Source of the DNA: Bacteroidota bacterium
GTDB taxonomy: Bacteria > Bacteroidota > Bacteroidia > Flavobacteriales > Flavobacteriaceae
DNA: 64,000 bases
Reading direction: 5' to 3'
Assembly: GCA_018335575.1 (NCBI GenBank)
Contig: JAGXRT010000034.1
Span: 8,040-72,039, forward strand
Every line of letters starts with the position of its first letter. Position 1 is the first letter of the stretch. Below are positions 57,984-64,000 of the stretch, piece after piece. The translations under genes were made by a program, and so were the position numbers. The notes beneath the pieces were generated by a model. The model was not told where the DNA came from. It did no database searches and worked only from the letters and a program-made list of their open reading frames with translations.

Positions 57984-60692
57984 CTAGAAATTATAGCGTA
58001 AGCTTAAATTCCAAGTTCTTCCAAAGCCCCAGTATACTCTGTTGCCATCTGCAACACCATCAAACAATCTGTTATTTGATAAATATGTTCCTTTAGAAGG
58101 GTTTCTAGAATCAATTAAATCAGTTGGGTGAATATTAGTTTGAGATTCAGACATGTATAATTCATCAGCTAAGTTATTTACGTTGATTCTAATATTCATA
58201 GAATCATCGTTTTTGAATAACAACTTATATGAAAGACCTAAATCAATTAAACTATAACCAGGTAACTCTAAAGACCCTTTATGAGTTGGGTTTGTAAACG
58301 ATTCTGCATCAATGGCAGCATATAACTTATCGTAATATGATTGGCTAATATCAAATTTTAAATTAGTAGCTAGTTCATAAACAAGACCTAATCTTAAGGA
58401 TGTTTGCGCAGCATCGCCTACTTTAACACCGTCAAGGTAGAATGTAGCGTTTGAGGCTCCAACTACATTGTTGTTTCCGTCGTATTCTGTTCCTGTAACA
58501 TTACCTTTATACTCCCAATTTCCTACTGAGAACATTCCTTCTACAGTTAATTTATTGAAACGCATGGTACTTTCAAACTCGATACCGGTGTGAACTTGTT
58601 CAATTCCTGCAAAGTTAATATAACCGTCTTGTCCAGTTCTGCTTTGTCTAAAGAATCTGTCTTTCCAAGAAGTTCTGTATAAGTTTAAATTAGCTCTGTA
58701 TTTTTGAGATTTAAATCCATACCCAAATTCTAATCCTAGAATTTTTTCATTGGTTAATCCTTCGTTTACGTCATTATTGTTAAAATTAGGGAAAACAGCA
58801 TTAAATAATGGTTGTTTTGAGTAGTAACCTGCGTTACCAAAAACATTATGATTTTCGTTAATATTATAGTTCAATCCTCCTTTGATGTTTCCACCCATTA
58901 AGGTTTCCCAATCTGATTTTTGCTCAGTTCCGTTATAATCACCTAAATTAAAATAATCAATTCTTTGGAATGATTGATTTGAAATACCTCCTTGTAAAAA
59001 CACTGATACTTTATCTGTTTTATATTCTGCCTGACCAAAAGCTCCTAACCAACGAACTTTTCCGTCATTGTTGTATTCAATTTTTTCTTGATTATCAAGA
59101 TTTATCCATGGATTCCAGCTTGGTGTTGGAGCAACTAAATCGGTGATTGTTCTGTTAGGATTATTTTTATCTGTATTATCTAAATAGTTATCAGCTCCTA
59201 ATAAATCAGATACAACTCTGTAATGTAATCCTTCATATGTTCTACCGTCTACACCTAAATCCCAGCTAAAGTTATCATTTACATCTTTGTGGAAATTAGC
59301 AATTACCCCATACCAGTTGTGTGAGTTCATAGACGATCTTCTGGTCATACCGTTAGAGCTGGTATTAACAAAACTAGTTCTAGTAGCTCCCCATTCAGGA
59401 ACTGATCCCCCGCTGTTCCATTTTACGATGTCATCAAATCTTACAAGACCATTCGCATCTCTTAATCTGTAATCAAAGTCGCGAATACCATTAATTCGTC
59501 CAATTGGGCCTGATCCGCCACCACGCCCCCATGAGCCGTAAAATACAGAAGATAAGTTAGCGGTTTCGCTAAGTTTCCAATCCCAGTTTAACGACATTAC
59601 AGGCTTGTGGTAGAAATTTCTTCTGAAAGAAAATTCTTTTCCGTTTAAATAACCCCAAGCATCATTAAATTTTGGATTTGGTTCGCCGCCACTTCCATAA
59701 TCTTGGTAGCGCCAAATTTCAATTGCTCTTGAGTGTTGGTGATGCCATTGTGGAGCACCTGTAAAAGTGAACATTAAGGAATGAGCATCATTTAAGCGTT
59801 TTCCTAAACCAATAAAATAGTTATGACCTTCAAAAGCAGTACCATCAGTATATCCATCACCAGTAGTTCTGCTAAATAATAATGAAGCAGATAAACCATT
59901 ATCCATTAATCCGGTAGAATACGAGAATACATATTTTTGATAGTTATCATTACCGTACATAGTTGCAATTGATCCGCCTTCTTTTTGATCAGACGTTCTG
60001 GTTAAAACGTTAATTGTACCACCTACAGAAGAAATCGCTAATTTAGATGAACCTAAACCTCTTTGAACTTGCATAGCCGATGTAACATCTGATAATCCGG
60101 CCCAGTTACTCCAGTAAACCCAACCGTTTTCCATATCGTTAACAGGCATACCGTTAATCATAACCGCTGTATTTCTTTGGTCAAATCCACGAATGTTAAT
60201 ACGTGCATCACCAAATCCACCTCCTGATTTTGTTGCATAAACCGATGGTGTTCTGTTTAAAATTTCAGGAAATTCTTGAGTTCCCAGGCGCTCAATAATT
60301 TCTGTAGCTTTAATGGTAGAAACTGCCACAGGTGTTTGGCGTTCTTTAGCAATATCTACTACTCCAGTAACTACTACTTCATCCAAGGTTTCAGCAGATG
60401 GATTAAGTGTAATTTTTCCTAAGCTAGAAGAACCTGTGAATTTAACTGCTTTAGTTTCAAATCCAACAAAGGAAACTTCAATTGTTCCTGAAGTTTTTTC
60501 TAAGGTTATGGTAAAATTACCATCAAAATCAGTTGAGGTACCTTTGGTAGTACCTTTAACTACAATTCCGGCGCCAGGTAATGGCATGCCAGCATTGTCG
60601 ATAACAGTTCCGGTTAGTTTTGTTTGCCCGTAAATAGTTGCAGATGAGAAAATTAATGCCGCTATTAAAAGCAATCTTGTAATTTTGTTCAT
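57984..60692 (-). CDS. TonB-dependent outer-membrane transporter
   Basis: N-terminal CarbopepD_reg-like domain (GT.TDFDG.F), LDEVVV, plug (INIRGF...ING...QVQRG...GGTIN), terminal GRTWNLSLRYNF. Confidence 0.9.
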   Translation of the reverse strand: MNKITRLLLIAALIFSSATIYGQTKLTGTVIDNAGMPLPGAGIVVKGTTKGTSTDFDGNFTITLEKTSGTIEVSFVGFETKAVKFTGSSSLGKITLNPSAETLDEVVVTGVVDIAKERQTPVAVSTIKATEIIERLGTQEFPEILNRTPSVYATKSGGGFGDARINIRGFDQRNTAVMINGMPVNDMENGWVYWSNWAGLSDVTSAMQVQRGLGSSKLAISSVGGTINVLTRTSDQKEGGSIATMYGNDNYQKYVFSYSTGLMDNGLSASLLFSRTTGDGYTDGTAFEGHNYFIGLGKRLNDAHSLMFTFTGAPQWHHQHSRAIEIWRYQDYGSGGEPNPKFNDAWGYLNGKEFSFRRNFYHKPVMSLNWDWKLSETANLSSVFYGSWGRGGGSGPIGRINGIRDFDYRLRDANGLVRFDDIVKWNSGGSVPEWGATRTSFVNTSSNGMTRRSSMNSHNWYGVIANFHKDVNDNFSWDLGVDGRTYEGLHYRVVSDLLGADNYLDNTDKNNPNRTITDLVAPTPSWNPWINLDNQEKIEYNNDGKVRWLGAFGQAEYKTDKVSVFLQGGISNQSFQRIDYFNLGDYNGTEQKSDWETLMGGNIKGGLNYNINENHNVFGNAGYYSKQPLFNAVFPNFNNNDVNEGLTNEKILGLEFGYGFKSQKYRANLNLYRTSWKDRFFRQSRTGQDGYINFAGIEQVHTGIEFESTMRFNKLTVEGMFSVGNWEYKGNVTGTEYDGNNNVVGASNATFYLDGVKVGDAAQTSLRLGLVYELATNLKFDISQSYYDKLYAAIDAESFTNPTHKGSLELPGYSLIDLGLSYKLLFKNDDSMNIRINVNNLADELYMSESQTNIHPTDLIDSRNPSKGTYLSNNRLFDGVADGNRVYWGFGRTWNLSLRYNF

Positions 60693-60747
60693 TTTTATTT
60701 GTTTTAGATTTTATAAGTTAAAACTTATAAAACGTGTTTATTAACCT

Positions 60748-60755
60748 CAAAAATA
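60748..60755 (-). promoter_or_regulatory. -7 element TATTTTTG of the 902-aa TBDT
   Basis: Plus-strand CAAAAATA, 55 nt upstream of the ATG. Confidence 0.6.
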
Positions 60756-60852
60756 AACATATCTACAAAAAATATTCTATAAGTTTATAAATTGTTATTA
60801 ACAATTTTTTAACATAATAATAGTGTTATAAAATTATGGTAGTGTAGCCCTA

Positions 60853-62421
60853 TTATCCTTTATAAATTTTGTTGGCTAATTCTTTACCCAATTCAACACC
60901 AAACTGATCAAAGCTATAAATGTTCCACATAATACCTTGAACAAATATTTTATGTTCGTACATAGCAATTAGCATCCCTAAATTAAAAGGTGTAAGTTTA
61001 TCAAAAAGGATAGTGTTGGACGGTTTGTTTCCTTCAAAAACCTTATATGGTAAAAGCGATTCAATTTGATTGAACTGCCCCGAAACCTTCATGTCTAAAT
61101 GAACTTCTTCTTTGGTTTTCCCTTCTTTTAAGGCCTGAATCTGGGCATAAAAATTAGCCATTAATTTATCGTGATGTTCGGTTAAGCCGTACAATGATTC
61201 TTTAAAACCTATAAAATCGGCAGGAATTAATTTGGTGCCTTGGTGCAGCAATTGCATAAATGCGTGCTGCGAATTGGTTCCTGTACTTCCCCAAACAATT
61301 GTTCCTGTTTGGTAGTTAACTGGTTCTCCATTTCTATCGATTGATTTGCCGTTGCTTTCCATGATAGCTTGTTGTAAGTAAGGTGCTAGACTCTTTAAAT
61401 ACTCGGTATAAGGCAAAATCACTTCGGTCTCCGATTTAAAAAAGTTGTTGTACCAAATACTAATCAGCGCTAATACAACTGGTATATTTTTTTCAAATGG
61501 GGTATTTTTAAAATGTTGATCCATTTGATTCGCTCCTTTTAACAATTGCTTAAAATTATTAAAACCAACTGCTAGAGAAATAGATAGACCTACAGCACTC
61601 CAAAGCGAAAAACGGCCGCCAACCCAGTCCCACATCGGAAAAATATTTTCATCAGCTACACCAAACTCTTTTACCATGGTTAAATTGGTAGACACCGCAA
61701 CAAAATGCTTTTTAATGTCGTTTTCTGTTGCGCATGTTAAAAACCATTTTTTAACAGTAAGTGCATTGGTTAAGGTTTCTTGTGTAGTAAATGTTTTAGA
61801 TACAATGATGAAAAGTGTTGTTTCTGGATTTAATTTTTTTAAGGTTTCCTGCACATGATCGCCATCGATGTTGGAAATGAAATGAATATTTAACGGTGTT
61901 TTATAAAACTTTAAGGCTTCAACCACCATTTGCGGTCCGAGGTCAGATCCGCCAATTCCAATATTTACCACATCAGTAATAGTTTTACCACTAAATCCTT
62001 TCCAATTACCATTTAAGACTTCATCGGTAAACTGTTTAATTTTATCCAATGTTTGTCCAATTTCTAATGAGATGTTTTTGTTTTCGATTAAAATTTCTTG
62101 CTGAGAAAAATCGCGCAAAGCAGTATGCAGAACTGCTCGTTTCTCGGTAACATTTATTGTATCGCCTTTAAAATAGTATTGAATAGCACTTGCTAAATCG
62201 GTTTCAATTGCCAGTTGATTTAATAGTTGTAATGTTTTTCTATCAATTCTATTGTTTGATAAATCAACTTCTAAGTTTTCTAATTGCAACTTGAAATCAT
62301 TTTTTCTATTAGGATTTTTTTCTGATAAGGTTCTTAAATGAAGGTTTTTAATTTCATTAAAATGAGCAAGTAAATTTACCCAAGCAGTAGTTTTTGTTGG
62401 GTTGATATTCTTTAGTGCCAT
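60853..62421 (-). CDS. pgi: Glucose-6-phosphate isomerase
   Basis: VLHTALR, IGIGGSDLGP, SKTFTTQET, WVGGRFSLWS, MESNGK, QH.F.QL.HQG, FDQFGVELGK. Confidence 0.97.
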   Translation of the reverse strand: MALKNINPTKTTAWVNLLAHFNEIKNLHLRTLSEKNPNRKNDFKLQLENLEVDLSNNRIDRKTLQLLNQLAIETDLASAIQYYFKGDTINVTEKRAVLHTALRDFSQQEILIENKNISLEIGQTLDKIKQFTDEVLNGNWKGFSGKTITDVVNIGIGGSDLGPQMVVEALKFYKTPLNIHFISNIDGDHVQETLKKLNPETTLFIIVSKTFTTQETLTNALTVKKWFLTCATENDIKKHFVAVSTNLTMVKEFGVADENIFPMWDWVGGRFSLWSAVGLSISLAVGFNNFKQLLKGANQMDQHFKNTPFEKNIPVVLALISIWYNNFFKSETEVILPYTEYLKSLAPYLQQAIMESNGKSIDRNGEPVNYQTGTIVWGSTGTNSQHAFMQLLHQGTKLIPADFIGFKESLYGLTEHHDKLMANFYAQIQALKEGKTKEEVHLDMKVSGQFNQIESLLPYKVFEGNKPSNTILFDKLTPFNLGMLIAMYEHKIFVQGIMWNIYSFDQFGVELGKELANKIYKG

Positions 62422-62427
62422 AAATTT

Positions 62428-63657
62428 TTAGCTTTTAATATTTTTATACGGAATTGAATCAAGTGTTTTTTTAACCGATTGAATATAAGTTAAATACTGT
62501 TCTTTGTATTGCTGTTTGATTGGGTCTGATGCTGGCATTTTCTCTCGTAAAGGATCTACTTCGGTACCGTTACGGGCGAAGCGATAACAAACATGCGGAC
62601 CAGATGTATTGCCAGTCATACCAACTTTTCCAATAACCTGACCTTGCCTAACGCGTTCACCAACACGAACCAATCGTTTACTCATGTGTAAATATCCGGT
62701 AGTATAGGTAGAGTTATGTCTAATCTTTACGTAATTTCCATTACCACCTTTATAAGCCGATTCGATAACAGTACCATCTGCAGTTGCTAAAATTTCACTA
62801 CCTATAGGTGCGGCAAAATCGGTTCCACGATGTGCTCTAACCACACCGTATAACGGTATTTTTCTGCGTAAGTTATAACGTGATGAAATACGACTGAATT
62901 TAAGCGGAGCTTTTAAAAACGGACGACGCATAGTATTACCTACTTCGTCGTAAAATTCGTTATATTTTTTAGTTGAATCAGTTTTGTAGCCAAAGGCATA
63001 ATATGTTTTACCGGCATGCTCAAAGGTAGCGCCTATAATTTTACCCATTCCTGCGTAAATAGTGTCGTTGATATACTTTTCTTCGTAAATGATTTTAAAT
63101 TTATCATCTTTTTGTAAGCGGAAGAAGTCGATGGTCCAAGCATAAATTTCTGATAATTCATGTGCAACTACATAATTCATTCCTTCTTCTTCAATAGTTT
63201 CACTTAATGAGCTGTTTATTACGCCAGATGATTTTCGGATAATAGTCTTTACAGGTTTTTTGGTATTTAGCGATTTTACAGTTTCATTTTTAAAATTGAT
63301 AACGGAATAATTTATTTTATCGTGTTCGTATATAAAAACCTGCGCTTTTTGAATAGAATCTTTTGAAGCGAGTATGGTATAGGGTTGTCCAATTTTTAAT
63401 TTTCGAACATCAAAAGTTTCTTTTATAGAGGTTACTATTTTGTCGATTTCTGGGTAAGAAACATTGTGGCGTGTTAGCAATGAACCAAAATTTTCTCCAG
63501 ATCTAATAGTATCTTTTACTACATGAAAATTGTTAAGTATAAACCCGTATTCTCTAATAATTTTTATTTTATCTGCTGCATCTTCTAAAGAATTTTGAGA
63601 ATCTTTACTGCACGAAAAAAAGAAAAATAAGAGTAAAAGGGGAAGTAATCGTTTCAT
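62428..63657 (-). CDS. M23 peptidoglycan DD-endopeptidase (MepM-like) lipoprotein
   Basis: Lipobox FFSC; FLKAPL..SRISS; HRGTD (HxxxD); YLHM; GPHVC. Confidence 0.9.
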   Translation of the reverse strand: MKRLLPLLLLFFFFSCSKDSQNSLEDAADKIKIIREYGFILNNFHVVKDTIRSGENFGSLLTRHNVSYPEIDKIVTSIKETFDVRKLKIGQPYTILASKDSIQKAQVFIYEHDKINYSVINFKNETVKSLNTKKPVKTIIRKSSGVINSSLSETIEEEGMNYVVAHELSEIYAWTIDFFRLQKDDKFKIIYEEKYINDTIYAGMGKIIGATFEHAGKTYYAFGYKTDSTKKYNEFYDEVGNTMRRPFLKAPLKFSRISSRYNLRRKIPLYGVVRAHRGTDFAAPIGSEILATADGTVIESAYKGGNGNYVKIRHNSTYTTGYLHMSKRLVRVGERVRQGQVIGKVGMTGNTSGPHVCYRFARNGTEVDPLREKMPASDPIKQQYKEQYLTYIQSVKKTLDSIPYKNIKS

Positions 63658-63712
63658 TAGTTGTTTTAAATAAATATTTCTACATTAAATCACAAGTGTG
63701 TAAAAATACAAT

Positions 63713-64000
63713 TTATTTACTAAAAATAATGTTAAAAGGGTTTGATAATCCTCTATATTCATCCAAATCGGCTTTTAAGGCACCCACAACCAATGATGCT
63801 TTTATTCTGATTGGTATTTTGTTATCATCGTCTGAAATCCAAACAGTTAAACTTTCATTTTCTTTAAATACACGACCTGCCTGAACGTAAGGTCTAAATT
63901 TCAAACATTGCACATTACCAAACTTTGTATTGATAATTTCACGGTCTAAGAGTTTAAGTTTAAATAAGTTTGTTTCTCCATCAAAGAATAAATTTACAGC
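63713..64000 (-). CDS. DUF3108 family protein, C-terminal part (5' end outside window)
   Basis: Frame is open to the window edge: AVNLFFDGETNLFKLK...TKFGNVQCLKFRP...GRVF...WISDD.NKIP. Confidence 0.78.
   Translation of the reverse strand, partial: AVNLFFDGETNLFKLKLLDREIINTKFGNVQCLKFRPYVQAGRVFKENESLTVWISDDDNKIPIRIKASLVVGALKADLDEYRGLSNPFNIIFSK

Noticed and set aside
216..63884. Numerous 60-146 aa ORFs antisense to or nested in long genes (e.g. 827-1171, 7350-7790, 12303-12617, 34727-35017, 51806-52165, 60313-60633)
   Set aside because: They are shadow frames of well-supported genes, with no recognisable motifs or promoters of their own.
1..64000. tRNA, rRNA, CRISPR arrays, IS elements and defence systems
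   Set aside because: None was recognised: intergenic gaps are all under 300 nt, and no transposase, integrase, Cas or restriction-modification motifs appear in the ORFs. YraN is a conserved housekeeping-context gene. A covariance-model scan was not possible.

Overview
AT-rich, gene-dense chromosomal segment of a Bacteroidota bacterium. It is most likely a Flavobacteriaceae member, inferred from the batA-E operon, a T9SS type-B cargo, an IPExxxVDY-family gene between rnc and pyk, TAnnTTTG -7 promoters, and many signal peptides followed by Gln. Most of the window is housekeeping: batA-E, metG, tex, ssb, pyk/rnc/fabF/acpP, purN/rnhA, sufA-B-(flavodoxin-like)-C-D-S, thiL, corA, sdhCAB and pgi. 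It also holds a peptidase/ChaN/twin BNR-propeller cluster and two tandem TonB-dependent transporters without SusD partners. I saw no rRNA, tRNA, CRISPR array, integrase or transposase. The most interesting signals are regulatory and contextual. (1) A 19-bp Fur-box-like palindrome recurs three times: at suf, at sdh and at an uncharacterised membrane gene. (2) A phased ~10-bp repeat array lies between a tail-less SSB and a divergent small Zn-finger gene. (3) A hemerythrin is tightly coupled to a sensor-less REC-kinase whose receiver lacks the Thr/Tyr switch residues. (4) TGTTAA-N5-TGTTAA direct repeats and 5'-UTR hairpins occur in front of both TBDTs. All family calls come from motif recognition by eye; no database search was run.
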